A stretch of DNA of 62,878 bases, filler included. It is 6 parts of 6 records of this genome, joined end to end, with 100 filler letters (N's around TTAATTAATTAA, not from the genome) between each part and the next. Parts side by side here need not be neighbours in the genome. Positions count along the whole stretch, not along the records: positions 51,917 to 62,878 come from SRR31156797_18459; 5 more parts are not named here. One strand, given 5' to 3'. Positions 51,817 through 62,382 of the stretch are shown one piece after another; positions within the stretch are counted from its first letter, which is position 1; the number at the start of each line of letters is the position of its first letter. The notes under the pieces were generated by a model. It was not told where the DNA came from and ran no database searches. It worked only from the letters and a program-made list of their open reading frames with translations. Both the position numbers and the translations under genes were made by a program.

Positions 51817-51916
51817 NNNNNNNNNNNNNNNNNNNNNNNNNNNNNNNNNNNNNNNNNNNNTTAATTAATTAANNNNNNNNNNNNNNNNNNNNNNNNNNNN
51901 NNNNNNNNNNNNNNNN
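51817..51916. other. Artificial contig linker
   Basis: N44-TTAATTAATTAA-N44. Confidence 0.99.
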
Positions 51917-51917
51917 T

Positions 51918-52424
51918 GATGCTGATGAGAGATTAGATTTAAATGCAATTGAAGAGATTAAAAAACTTGATTTAGATAATACAGAATATGATGGTTTTTC
52001 TTTTGCTAGAAAGACTTATGTAGGAGACAACTTTATCAAACTTTGGTATCCAGATAGAGTAACAAGACTTTATAATAGAAACAAGTGTGGATATTCAAAA
52101 TTAAAAGGTCATGCAAAAGTTGAAGCTAAAAATATTTGTGATTTAAAAGCTGATATGCTTCATTACTCTTATGAAGATTATGTGCAGATGATAAGAACAA
52201 CTGAAAAATTTATCAAAAGAGGGGCTCAAATTTCATATGATGCAGGAAAAAGAGCAAACTCTTTAGACCCTTTTGTTCACGGAGTAGGGGCTTTATTTAA
52301 AGCTTTAGTTCTAAAAGGTGGAGCTTTTCATGGGATTCATGGTTGGAATGTTGCTGTAATTTCAGCCTTTAGCTCTTATATGAAATATGCTTTAATGCTT
52401 GAGATGCAAAAGAATGAAAAATAA
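51918..52424 (+). CDS. Family 2 glycosyltransferase (WaaE/KdtX-like), 5'-truncated
   Basis: DADERL...WYPDRVTRLY...LHYSY in the frame of the 52155 ORF. Confidence 0.85.
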   Translation, partial: DADERLDLNAIEEIKKLDLDNTEYDGFSFARKTYVGDNFIKLWYPDRVTRLYNRNKCGYSKLKGHAKVEAKNICDLKADMLHYSYEDYVQMIRTTEKFIKRGAQISYDAGKRANSLDPFVHGVGALFKALVLKGGAFHGIHGWNVAVISAFSSYMKYALMLEMQKNEK

Positions 52425-53511
52425 AAAGATTTTAGAAGTTTGTTTATCTCCTGATTTAGGTGGTTTAGAACTTTATATGAGTAGATGTACAAATGAACTA
52501 TCAAAGAGTTTTGATGTTTCGTGTGTAGTCGCTTCAAAATCAAAACTAAAAGATTTCATTCAAGATGTTCAAAAGTTTGAAATAAATAGAAAAAGTAGTT
52601 TTTCTATAAGTGCATCTTTAAAATTAGCAAAAATCATTGATAAACAAAATATTGATACTATTCATCTTCATTGGACAAAGGATCTTCCTATTGTTGTTCT
52701 TTCTAAAATTTTTTCAAAAAGAAAACCAAAGATTGTACAAACAAGACATATGACAATGACAAGATTTAAAAGTGATTTTTATCATAAATTTTTATATAAA
52801 AATATTGATACAATTATTTGTGTTACAAAAGCTTTAGAAGAGCAAATAAAAAAGTTTATTCCTCAAAATATTAGACCTAAAACTTTAACTTTATATCTTG
52901 GAGCAAATGAAAGCAAAGCTTTAAATGCTGAAGAAATAAAGGAGTTTAAAAAAGAGTTACAAGTAGCAGACTCTTTTATGTTAGGACTTATTGGAAGAAT
53001 CAATGAGTTTAAAGGACAACATCTACTTATAGAAGCTATGAAACTTTTAAAAGAGAAAAATTTAAATATCAAAGCATATATTGTGGGTCATGCCATGAGT
53101 GATGAGTATTTACAGCAATTAAAACAAAAAGTTATAGATTTTAATTTAGAAGAACAAGTTTTATTTGTAGGTTTTACAAAAGAGCCACATAAGTTTATGC
53201 AAGCGTGTGATGTAGTTTTAATGACTTCAAGAAATGAAACTTTTGGTTTAGTTACCATTGAAGCTATGAGAAATGGTAGTTGTGTTATTGGTTCAAACTC
53301 TGGTGGGGTTTTAGAGATAGTAGATGATGAAAAAACTGGCTTACTATTTGAAAGTGGAAATTATGAAGATTTAGCTTTAAAAATAGAGAAGTTATATAAA
53401 GATGAAACTTTAAGAAAAGAGCTTGCAAAAGCAGGTCAAAAAAAAGCAGAAGAGCTTTTTGATAATAAAAAACAGTTTGATAAACTAAGTGAATTTTTTA
53501 GCCAACTTTAG
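52414..53511 (+). CDS. Family 4 glycosyltransferase
   Basis: GGLE, GRINEFKGQ, ETFGLVTIEAM. Confidence 0.92.
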   Translation: MKNKKILEVCLSPDLGGLELYMSRCTNELSKSFDVSCVVASKSKLKDFIQDVQKFEINRKSSFSISASLKLAKIIDKQNIDTIHLHWTKDLPIVVLSKIFSKRKPKIVQTRHMTMTRFKSDFYHKFLYKNIDTIICVTKALEEQIKKFIPQNIRPKTLTLYLGANESKALNAEEIKEFKKELQVADSFMLGLIGRINEFKGQHLLIEAMKLLKEKNLNIKAYIVGHAMSDEYLQQLKQKVIDFNLEEQVLFVGFTKEPHKFMQACDVVLMTSRNETFGLVTIEAMRNGSCVIGSNSGGVLEIVDDEKTGLLFESGNYEDLALKIEKLYKDETLRKELAKAGQKKAEELFDNKKQFDKLSEFFSQL

Positions 53512-53519
53512 GAGAATAA

Positions 53520-54083
53520 GTGTTATTTTTAAAAGATGAAGATTTTATAGCAAAGGGTAATGAAAGAGCAATATATTTACACCCTGAAGATGATAAGAAA
53601 ACAGTAAAAGTAACTTATGAAGGTAATCAAAGACAAGAGAGTAAACAATCACAAAAAGAAATCTCTTATTATAAAGAGTTAGAAAAAAGAGGAATGAAAA
53701 ACTTTAAACATCTACCTAAGTTTTATGGTGAAGTTGAAACTAATAAGGGACCTGGGTTTGTTATTGAATTGATTCGCGATTATGATGGTGAAGTTTCTAA
53801 AAGTTTTGCTTTTTATCTGAAAGAGAATGGTGTAGAAGCTTATCAAAAAGAGTTAGAAGAGTATAGAGAATATTTTTTGGATAACTGTATTATTTTTAAT
53901 TATGGAATGATGCCTAAAAATATATTGCTTAGAAAAAATAGTGAAACAGATTTTGATTTAGTTTTAATTGATGGCTTAGGAGATGTATCTCATTTTACTT
54001 TGCCAAATAAAATTCCATATTTTGCAAGAGGACGAATTGGTAGAAGATGGGAAAAATTTGTAAATAAATATTTATTAAAATAG
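53520..54083 (+). CDS. YrbL family kinase-like protein
   Basis: GNERAIYLHP, ETNKG..ELIRD, LIDGLG. Confidence 0.85.
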   Translation: MLFLKDEDFIAKGNERAIYLHPEDDKKTVKVTYEGNQRQESKQSQKEISYYKELEKRGMKNFKHLPKFYGEVETNKGPGFVIELIRDYDGEVSKSFAFYLKENGVEAYQKELEEYREYFLDNCIIFNYGMMPKNILLRKNSETDFDLVLIDGLGDVSHFTLPNKIPYFARGRIGRRWEKFVNKYLLK

Positions 54084-54097
54084 TAGAAAGGTAAAAA

Positions 54098-54871
54098 ATG
54101 AAAGTATTATTATTAGCTGGTGGATTAGGAACAAGATTAGCAGAAGAGACAGATTTAAGACCAAAACCTATGGTTGAAGTTGGTGGAAAACCTATTCTAT
54201 GGCATATTATGAAAATTTACTCAAAATATGGATTTAATGAATTTGTAATCTTACTTGGATACAAAGGTTACTATATTAAGGAATATTTTGCAAACTATTT
54301 TTTACATCAAAGTGATGTAACACTTGATATTTCAACAGGAAAAATGGAAGTATTAAATAATTCTAGTGAGCCTTGGAAAATCACACTTCTTGATACAGGA
54401 GTTGATAGTATGACAGGGGGAAGAGTAAAAAGAGCACAAGATTTTATAGGAAATGAACCTTTTATGTTAACTTATGGAGATGGAGTAAGTGATATTAATA
54501 TAGAAGAATTAGTAGAGTTTCATAAATCTCATGGAAAAGCAATGACAATGACATCTGCCCAACCAGATGCAAGATTTGGAGCATTAGAAATCTCTTCTGA
54601 TAATCAAGTAATTGAATTTAAAGAAAAACCAAAAGGTGAGGGTGGTTGGATAAATGCTGGTTTCTTTGTATGTGAACCAAAAGTTTTTGATTATATCACA
54701 CAAGGAGATAGTACAATTTTTGAACAAGAACCTTTAATGAATTTAGCAAAAGATGGAGAAATTTATACTTATAAACATGATGGTTTTTGGAAACCAATGG
54801 ATACTTTAAGAGATAAACAACAATTAGAAAAACTTTGGGAAACAAAAAAAGCACCGTGGAAAGTTTGGTAA
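54098..54871 (+). CDS. rfbF: Glucose-1-phosphate cytidylyltransferase
   Basis: LAGGLGTR..PKPMVE, MTGGR, LTYGDG, FWKPMDTLRD. Confidence 0.95.
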   Translation: MKVLLLAGGLGTRLAEETDLRPKPMVEVGGKPILWHIMKIYSKYGFNEFVILLGYKGYYIKEYFANYFLHQSDVTLDISTGKMEVLNNSSEPWKITLLDTGVDSMTGGRVKRAQDFIGNEPFMLTYGDGVSDINIEELVEFHKSHGKAMTMTSAQPDARFGALEISSDNQVIEFKEKPKGEGGWINAGFFVCEPKVFDYITQGDSTIFEQEPLMNLAKDGEIYTYKHDGFWKPMDTLRDKQQLEKLWETKKAPWKVW

Positions 54872-55965
54872 TGCAAAACTTATTTAGTGGAATATATAAA
54901 GATAAAACAGTTTTAGTTACAGGACATACTGGCTTTAAAGGTTCATGGCTTTGTTATTGGTTAGAACAGATGGGTGCAAATGTAATTGGTTATTCTTTAG
55001 AAGCTCCAACAACTCCTAATCATATCTCTTTATTAAATCTAAATATCACTTCAATTATCGCTGATATTAGAAATTTAGATAAATTAAATGAAGTTTTTGA
55101 AGAGTATAAACCTAATATTGTATTTCATTTAGCTGCTCAGCCTTTAGTAAGATTATCATATGAAAATCCTATTGAAACATATGAAACAAATGTTATTGGT
55201 ACATTAAAGGTTTTTGAAGCTTGTAGAAAGGCTAATGTTAAAGCCATTGTAAATATTACAAGTGATAAAGCTTATGAAAATAAAGAGTGGGTTTGGGGAT
55301 ATAGAGAAAATGATCCAATGGGAGGATATGACCCTTATAGTTCATCAAAAGGTTGTGCTGATATCTTGGCAAACTCATATAGAGACTCTTATTTTAATAT
55401 AAAAGATTATAAGAAAAAACATAATACTCTTCTTGCTTCTTGTAGAGCTGGAAATGTAATTGGTGGTGGCGATTGGGCTAAAGATAGATTAATTACTGAT
55501 ATTATGCTTTCTGTTTCTCAAAATAAAAAAGTAAGTATTCGAAGCCCATATGCTACAAGACCTTGGCAACATGTACTTGAACCATTAAGTGGGTATTTAA
55601 ATATTGGCCAAAAACTTCTTGAAGAAAAAGTAGAGTTTGCTAGTGCTTGGAACTTTGGACCAAGTGATGAGGGAAGTATAACTGTAGAACAAGTAGTAAA
55701 AAATGTAAAAAAATATTGGGATAAAATTGATTATGAAATAAATCAAGACCCAAATGCCTTACATGAAGCAAATCTTTTAAAACTAGATTGTTCTAAAGCT
55801 CATATATTATTAAACTGGAATGATGTTTGGGATAGCGATACTACTTTTGAAAAAACTGTAAAATGGTATAAATCTTTTTATGAAGAAGAAAAAAATCTTA
55901 CTAAAGAGGATTTAGAAGCTTATATTGTAGCTGCAAAAACAAAAAAACTAAAATGGGCAATTTAA
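54871..55965 (+). CDS. rfbG: CDP-glucose 4,6-dehydratase
   Basis: TGHTGFKGSW, HLAAQPLV, YSSSK, RAGNVIGGGD, RPWQHV. Confidence 0.95.
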   Translation: MQNLFSGIYKDKTVLVTGHTGFKGSWLCYWLEQMGANVIGYSLEAPTTPNHISLLNLNITSIIADIRNLDKLNEVFEEYKPNIVFHLAAQPLVRLSYENPIETYETNVIGTLKVFEACRKANVKAIVNITSDKAYENKEWVWGYRENDPMGGYDPYSSSKGCADILANSYRDSYFNIKDYKKKHNTLLASCRAGNVIGGGDWAKDRLITDIMLSVSQNKKVSIRSPYATRPWQHVLEPLSGYLNIGQKLLEEKVEFASAWNFGPSDEGSITVEQVVKNVKKYWDKIDYEINQDPNALHEANLLKLDCSKAHILLNWNDVWDSDTTFEKTVKWYKSFYEEEKNLTKEDLEAYIVAAKTKKLKWAI

Positions 55966-56519
55966 TGCAAATAGTAGAAACTAAAATACCTGGATTAAAA
56001 ATATTTGAACCAAGGATATTTGAAGATATAAGAGGAAAATTTATTAAAACTTTTAATAATGATTTTTTTCAAGAACATAATTTAAATATTTCAATTAAAG
56101 AGACTTACTATTCAATTTCACATAAAGATGTAATTCGAGGAATGCATTTTCAAACGCCTCCATATGATCATATAAAAATTGTTTATGTACCCTTTGGAAA
56201 AATATTAGATGTGGTTTTAGATTTAAGAAAAGGTTCTCCTACTTTTGGTAAGAGTTTTAGTATTGAACTATCAAGTGAAAATGGAAAAATTTTAATTATT
56301 CCAAAAGGTCTAGCTCACGGATTTAAATCACTTGAAGATAATAGTAATGTGACTTATATGCAAACAACAACTTATGCTCCTAATAATGATGATGGAATAA
56401 GATATGACTCTTTTGGTTTTGATTGGCAATGTGGCTCTCCTAAAATATCAGATAGAGATATGTCTTTTAATTCCTTAGAAGAATATGAGAGTAACTTTTT
56501 TTATAAGGAAGAAAAGTGA
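55965..56519 (+). CDS. RmlC-type NDP-4-keto-6-deoxysugar epimerase
   Basis: D.RG.F, RGMHFQ, DLRKGSPTFG, AHGF. Confidence 0.9.
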   Translation: MQIVETKIPGLKIFEPRIFEDIRGKFIKTFNNDFFQEHNLNISIKETYYSISHKDVIRGMHFQTPPYDHIKIVYVPFGKILDVVLDLRKGSPTFGKSFSIELSSENGKILIIPKGLAHGFKSLEDNSNVTYMQTTTYAPNNDDGIRYDSFGFDWQCGSPKISDRDMSFNSLEEYESNFFYKEEK

Positions 56520-57403
56520 AAATATTAGTAACTGGAGCAACAGGTTTTATAGGACAAAACTTAGTAACACTTTTATTAAAAAAAGATATAGAGATATTTT
56601 GTTTAGTTAGAGAAAATAGTGATTGTTCTACAATACATAAAAAAGCAAAAATAATTACATATGATAAAGAAATAGATAGATTACTAGAAGTTTTTGAAAA
56701 AGAGAAGTTTGATGGGGTAATACATTTAGCTTCACTTTTTTTATCAGAACACAAAACAAATGATATAGCAAATTTAATTAGTTCAAATATTGAGTTTGGA
56801 ACAATGGTTTTGGAAGCTTGCAAAAAAAGTGAAGTAAAGTGGTTTATTAACACTGGTACTTTTTGGCAAAACTATGAAAATAAAGATTACAATCCTGTTA
56901 ATCTTTATGCAGCAACAAAAGAAGCTTTTGAAAATATTGCAAAATATTATACTCAAACTTCAAATCTAATTTTCACTACAATAAAACTAAATGATACTTT
57001 TGGCCCAAATGATACAAGAAATAAAGTTTTTAATTTATGGGCAAAAATAGCAATGTCAGGCGAAACACTGGAAATGTCAGCAGGTGAACAAATAATTGAT
57101 ATTTCATATATTGAAGATGTAGTTTTGGCATATGAGATTTTAATTTCTCATTTAAGCTCAAAAGAGGCATTAAGCTTTAAAGATAAAGTTTTTGCTGTTA
57201 AGTCTCAAACAAGAGCTAGTTTAAAAGAGTTATCAAAAATATTTGAAAAAGCTACAAATAGTAAACTTAATATTATTTGGGGTGGTAGAGAATATAGACA
57301 AAGAGAAGTTATGCAACCTTGGGAAAATGGAGAACTTATTCCATCTTGGAGTCCTAAATATACTTTAGAAGAAGCAATTAAAAAAACTATTGGAGAATTA
57401 TAA
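56516..57403 (+). CDS. NAD-dependent NDP-sugar 4-reductase (CDP-abequose/paratose synthase-like)
   Basis: TGATGFIG, HLAS, YAATK. Confidence 0.8.
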   Translation: MKILVTGATGFIGQNLVTLLLKKDIEIFCLVRENSDCSTIHKKAKIITYDKEIDRLLEVFEKEKFDGVIHLASLFLSEHKTNDIANLISSNIEFGTMVLEACKKSEVKWFINTGTFWQNYENKDYNPVNLYAATKEAFENIAKYYTQTSNLIFTTIKLNDTFGPNDTRNKVFNLWAKIAMSGETLEMSAGEQIIDISYIEDVVLAYEILISHLSSKEALSFKDKVFAVKSQTRASLKELSKIFEKATNSKLNIIWGGREYRQREVMQPWENGELIPSWSPKYTLEEAIKKTIGEL

Positions 57404-57404
57404 A

Positions 57405-58736
57405 ATGACAAGAGAAGAAGAATTAAAACAAGAGATATTAAATAAAACAAAAGAGTACTATGAGTTAGTACATAAACCAAGTTTAAATCAAGAGTTTGTT
57501 GAGGGTAAAAGTAGAGTAAATTATGCAGGTAGAGTTTTTGATGAAACAGAGTTACAATATTTAGTAGATAGTTCTTTGGACTTTTGGTTAACTTATGGAG
57601 ATTATTCTAAAAAGTTTGAAAAACAACTTGCAAAATATCTTAATGTAAGATGGACTTTTTTAGTAAATTCAGGAAGTAGTGCAAATCTTTTAGCTTTTTA
57701 TACTTTAACGTCACCTCTGTTAAAAGAGAGACAAGTAAGAAGAGGTGATGAGGTTATTACTGTTGCAGCTGGTTTCCCTACAACAATTGCTCCCATAGTA
57801 CAATATGGAGCAGTTCCTGTATTTGTAGATATGGAATTAACTCATGCAAATATTGATGTTACTGAATTAGAAAAAGCTTTAAGTCCCAAAACAAAAGCAA
57901 TTATGATTGCACATACTTTAGGAAATCCATTTAATTTAAAAGCAGTAAAAGAGTTTGCCACTAAACATAATTTATGGTTAATTGAAGATAACTGTGATGC
58001 TTTAGGTTCTTTATATGAAGGTAAACCTACTGGAACTTGGGGTGATATTGGAACTTCAAGTTTTTATCCTCCTCATCATATGACAATGGGAGAAGGAGGT
58101 GCAACATATACAGATAATCCTCTTCTTAAAAAAATCATGCTTTCTCTTAGAGATTGGGGTAGAGATTGTTGGTGTGAAAGTGGAGTAGACAATACATGTA
58201 ATAGAAGATTTACTCAACAGTTTGGTTCTTTACCTGTTGGATATGACCATAAGTATGTATATTCTCACTTTGGTTTTAATTTAAAAGTATCTGATATGCA
58301 AGCAGCTGTAGGATGTGCACAATTAGAAAAATTCCCTTCATTTGTTGAAAAAAGAAAAGAAAATTATAAAAAACTTTATGATGGATTAAAAGATGTTAAA
58401 GAGATTCAATTAGTAGAAGCTCAGCCAAATAGTGATCCTAGTTGGTTTGGTTTTATGATGACTTTAACAGAAGAAGCAAACTTTACTAGAAATAATATAG
58501 TAGAGTATTTAGAAAATAGTAATATTCAAACAAGAAATTTATTTGCAGGTAATATTTTAAGACATCCTATTTTTGATCATTTAGTTGAAAATGTAGATTA
58601 TAGAGTTATTGATGATTTACCTAATACAGAAAAGATAATGAATGATAGTTTTTGGATAGGAGTATATCCAGGAATGAGTGATGAAAAATTAGAATATATG
58701 ATTAAAAAGATAAAAGAGGCTACTATTAAATGTTAG
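57405..58736 (+). CDS. rfbH: CDP-4-keto-6-deoxyglucose 3-dehydratase
   Basis: NSGSSANL, EDNCDALG, SFYPPHHMTMGEGG (His at the PLP-Lys position), RDWGRDCWC, YDHKY. Confidence 0.93.
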   Translation: MTREEELKQEILNKTKEYYELVHKPSLNQEFVEGKSRVNYAGRVFDETELQYLVDSSLDFWLTYGDYSKKFEKQLAKYLNVRWTFLVNSGSSANLLAFYTLTSPLLKERQVRRGDEVITVAAGFPTTIAPIVQYGAVPVFVDMELTHANIDVTELEKALSPKTKAIMIAHTLGNPFNLKAVKEFATKHNLWLIEDNCDALGSLYEGKPTGTWGDIGTSSFYPPHHMTMGEGGATYTDNPLLKKIMLSLRDWGRDCWCESGVDNTCNRRFTQQFGSLPVGYDHKYVYSHFGFNLKVSDMQAAVGCAQLEKFPSFVEKRKENYKKLYDGLKDVKEIQLVEAQPNSDPSWFGFMMTLTEEANFTRNNIVEYLENSNIQTRNLFAGNILRHPIFDHLVENVDYRVIDDLPNTEKIMNDSFWIGVYPGMSDEKLEYMIKKIKEATIKC

Positions 58737-59854
58737 AAAAAAAACGTGTTTATATCATAGGAAACTTAAGAGGTTCTACAAGAGCAAGATTATTACTTGA
58801 TTTTGTTTCGGGTTCTAACAAATATAGCTTTTCCTATGATGATACACATTTTTTTAAGGTAAATAGTAAAAATTTATTAAAAAAAGCATTTTTACTTTTA
58901 CCTAATTTTTTAAACTCATTAAGTAGTTTTTCTAAATTTCTTATCTCTGATATTATTTTTATATTACCAATGGGAAAAATCAGTTTTTTAAAATTAAAAC
59001 TTGCAAAATTAATGAATAAAAAAGTTGTTACTGAGTTTTACATTTCTAAATATGATACTTATGTTAATGATAAAAAAAGAGTTGATAAGAATAGTAAAAA
59101 TGCATTAGCTCTTAAAAAGTTTGACCAAAATATTATTGATTTAAGTAGTGATTTGATTTTTTTAAATAACTCAGAAAAAGAGTATTATTTAGATGTAGTA
59201 CAACGAAGTAATACAACAACTAAAATACATTTAATTCCTCTTGCTACAGAATCAAAAATGATAGCACAATTAAATTATGCAAATTTAAAAACAAAAAAAT
59301 TAATTTTATGTTGGTGGGGAAGTTATATCCCTCTTCATGGTTTAGATAAAATTATTGAATCTGCAAAGTATTTAAAACAAAGTGATATTTCTTTTGAGTA
59401 TCATCTTTTTGGAACAGCTGATAAGAAAGCAGTTTCTTATCAAAAAATGATTGATGAGTTAGAATTAAATGATGTTGTAAAAATTGATAATACAAAAACT
59501 TTTGCAGATAAATCTTTAGATAAGTTTTTGATTGAAAATTGTGATATTGCCTTTGGTAATTTTGGAGATAGTGAAAAAGCAAAAGTAGTAATGGTAAATA
59601 AAGCTGTTGAAGCAGTTTCTATGAAAATACCTGTTCTTTCACAAAAAACAAAAGCCTTAGGCGAATATTTTGAAAATGAAGAAACTATGTTTTTTTGCGA
59701 GCCTAGTCCAGAAGAAATGGCAAAAACTATTTTTAAAATTTCTAATAATCTAGAGTTAATTAAAAGTGTTTCAAAAAAAGGGTTTAGTTTATATCAGAAA
59801 AGATTTTCGAAAGAGGCTTATATTGAGGATATTCAAAAGATTTTAGAATCTTAA
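58730..59854 (+). CDS. Glycosyltransferase (GT-B)
   Basis: WWGSYIPLHG, NKAVEA. Confidence 0.8.
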   Translation: MLEKKRVYIIGNLRGSTRARLLLDFVSGSNKYSFSYDDTHFFKVNSKNLLKKAFLLLPNFLNSLSSFSKFLISDIIFILPMGKISFLKLKLAKLMNKKVVTEFYISKYDTYVNDKKRVDKNSKNALALKKFDQNIIDLSSDLIFLNNSEKEYYLDVVQRSNTTTKIHLIPLATESKMIAQLNYANLKTKKLILCWWGSYIPLHGLDKIIESAKYLKQSDISFEYHLFGTADKKAVSYQKMIDELELNDVVKIDNTKTFADKSLDKFLIENCDIAFGNFGDSEKAKVVMVNKAVEAVSMKIPVLSQKTKALGEYFENEETMFFCEPSPEEMAKTIFKISNNLELIKSVSKKGFSLYQKRFSKEAYIEDIQKILES

Positions 59855-59855
59855 T

Positions 59856-59881
59856 ACTAATAGAGTATTTACTCTATTAGT
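59856..59881. terminator. Inverted repeat between convergent genes
   Basis: ACTAATAGAGTA-TT-TACTCTATTAGT. Confidence 0.6.
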
Positions 59882-61506
59882 GTTTTTGTTTGTTTATTAT
59901 CTTCATCAAAAGATATTTTTAAGATACCAGATAATCCTGAAATATCTGAATCACATACAAAGTAATCTTCTCTTACATTAAAATAATCATACTTCTCTTC
60001 ATATCCTAAAAGATTACTAACTACATTTCCCATTTGATAGTGTGAAATAAATTCAAAATCAGAGAATTTATCTTTTAATACTTTTGCATTATTAATCCCA
60101 TAAACAAAGAATGGTACTTGATATACCGCATCATAATTTAATCTTCCATGTCCTTGTCTATTTGGATCTCCAACATTTGAAGCATGGTCTGATGTAAAAA
60201 TAAAATAAGTTGGTCTAGAAGTTTTCTCTTTTACTTTCTTTACTAACTGAGAGATTATATAATCAGTATAATGAATTGAGTTTGCATAATCAATTGTATT
60301 TTGGATAATTGTTTTATCTTCTATATTATCTTTTGTAAAAATTTCAAACTCTTTTGGAAAAGTATCTATAAAAGGAGTATGTGAAGCTCTTTGTTGTAAA
60401 GCTACAAAACTAGGTCTTGAAAAATCAACTTCTTCAATCTTATCAAGTAAAAATGTATCTAAAGCTGGTTTGTCAATATCTTTTGTAACACTTGTTCCAT
60501 CAACATAATCGTCAATCCATTTTGTACAAATATAGCTTTTTAGTTGAGCTAATTGATCTTGTGCTTGTGAACTATAAAAGTGTGTTTGAAAGCCATTATT
60601 TTTAGCCATCTTAAATAGGCAAGTATTTGTTGAAATAATCTGAGGAACACCATCTGGTCTTTTAATAATATTGAAAAAAGATGGTACAGCAACATCTGTA
60701 ACAACACCAGATGCAATACCTTTTTTATATACAAAATTTTCGTCATCTTTTATTGAATCTAAAAATGGAGTTGTTTTTATTTTATAATCATATAAAGACA
60801 TAAAATTTCTATTTAAAGACTCACCCATAATCATAATAATATTAACATCTGGATTTTTAGTAAGTAGATTTGGAGTAGGGCTTACAGGTTGTTCTAATCC
60901 ACTATTACCCATAGCTTTTTTAGGTAGAATATTTCCAAATAAATAACCTAAGTTTACAACTGTGTTTTTAAGAGGGTAGTATTCAACATTTGGTCTATGA
61001 CCCTTTTTTGAATCTTTTACATAAACTCTTACTGGAACAAAGATTATAAAAGCAATTAAAACAAAAGATAAAAAAGGAATCTTAAGTCTTTTCTCTTCAG
61101 AATTTCTTAGTAAATAATATATACTAATTAATAAAATTAAAATCATTATTGTAGGAATTATTCCTATTTCAGCAACTGTTCTAAAAGTATCATATGTTTC
61201 TTGGAACTTAGTAAAGAATAGTAAGTATTCTAGTGGGAAAATCCATGTTCCAAAATATGCAAAGTGTAAAATCTGGAACCAAACAAAAGCAGCAATTAAA
61301 ATATATGTAATAAGAATAGCTCTAGTTTTTACTATTGAAACAATAAGTAGATTTATTGCAAACTGTTCTACAATAATTTTGGGTGTAAGATTAAAAGATA
61401 AAATATCATTGTATATTCTGTAAATTTGTTCAACCGCTATAAATAAGGCTGTAATTATAAGTGCGATAAAAACATTATAAAGTAGTTTTGATATAAAGTT
61501 ATTCAT
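59869..61506 (-). CDS. Phosphoethanolamine transferase / sulfatase-like membrane protein
   Basis: N-terminal TM helices, IMGES, SHTP, Y.NSI.YTD, TSDH. Confidence 0.85.
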   Translation of the reverse strand: MNNFISKLLYNVFIALIITALFIAVEQIYRIYNDILSFNLTPKIIVEQFAINLLIVSIVKTRAILITYILIAAFVWFQILHFAYFGTWIFPLEYLLFFTKFQETYDTFRTVAEIGIIPTIMILILLISIYYLLRNSEEKRLKIPFLSFVLIAFIIFVPVRVYVKDSKKGHRPNVEYYPLKNTVVNLGYLFGNILPKKAMGNSGLEQPVSPTPNLLTKNPDVNIIMIMGESLNRNFMSLYDYKIKTTPFLDSIKDDENFVYKKGIASGVVTDVAVPSFFNIIKRPDGVPQIISTNTCLFKMAKNNGFQTHFYSSQAQDQLAQLKSYICTKWIDDYVDGTSVTKDIDKPALDTFLLDKIEEVDFSRPSFVALQQRASHTPFIDTFPKEFEIFTKDNIEDKTIIQNTIDYANSIHYTDYIISQLVKKVKEKTSRPTYFIFTSDHASNVGDPNRQGHGRLNYDAVYQVPFFVYGINNAKVLKDKFSDFEFISHYQMGNVVSNLLGYEEKYDYFNVREDYFVCDSDISGLSGILKISFDEDNKQTKTLIE

Positions 61507-61635
61507 TAAAGTCCTTCTAAAAATATGGGCTTGAATAATACTTAAAAAAATATTAAATTATAATAAGTAATTATTTAATAAAATCAAATGAGTTTTTTGA
61601 TAAAATATTATTACTTATAACACTTAAGGAAAAAG

Positions 61636-62382
61636 TTGAACTTCAAATTTGAACTAAATGAACAATATAAAAATACAAAAGATTTTTTGCTAAATATAAA
61701 AAAATATTTCCAAGAAAACTCAAATACTATTCATAAAGCAAGAAATGAATTAAAAGTAATTAATTATAAAGATGTGCAAACAGTTGTAAAAGCTTTTAGA
61801 ATACCAAATAAAGTAAATCAAATAGTTTATGCATATTTTAGAGATTCAAAGGCAAAAAAGTCATATAAAAATGCAGTAAAACTAAGAAGTTTAGGTTTAA
61901 ATACACCAGAACCAATAGGATATATAGAGTTTTATCGAAACTTTTTATTTAAAGAGAGCTTTTTTATAGCAAAAAAATATGAGTATGATTTTACAATTAG
62001 AGAACCTCTTAGAAATAAGAGTCTAGAAAATAGAGAAGAGATTATAAAAAAATTTGTAGAGTTTACTTTTAATCTACATAAAAACAATGTTTATCACAAA
62101 GATTTTTCAGCAGGTAATACTTTAGTTTCAATCAAAGATGAATATTACGAGTTTTCTGTAGTAGATATAAATAGAATGGAATTTAAAACTATTGACTTAG
62201 AAACAGGACTTGATAATTTTGCAAAGCTTTGGTTAGATGAAGATGATATTATCTTAATTGCAACTACTTATGCTAGCTTCGCAAATGTTGAAAAAGATAC
62301 TGCAATAGATATTTTAAAAAAGTGTGATAAAAAACTTAAGGACTTTGTAGAGTTTAAAAGAAAAATAAGAGGTAAGAAATAG
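61636..62382 (+). CDS. LPS kinase (Kdo/WaaP/InaA family)
   Basis: VVKAF, TPEPIG, YHKDFSAGN, VDINR. Confidence 0.85.
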   Translation: MNFKFELNEQYKNTKDFLLNIKKYFQENSNTIHKARNELKVINYKDVQTVVKAFRIPNKVNQIVYAYFRDSKAKKSYKNAVKLRSLGLNTPEPIGYIEFYRNFLFKESFFIAKKYEYDFTIREPLRNKSLENREEIIKKFVEFTFNLHKNNVYHKDFSAGNTLVSIKDEYYEFSVVDINRMEFKTIDLETGLDNFAKLWLDEDDIILIATTYASFANVEKDTAIDILKKCDKKLKDFVEFKRKIRGKK

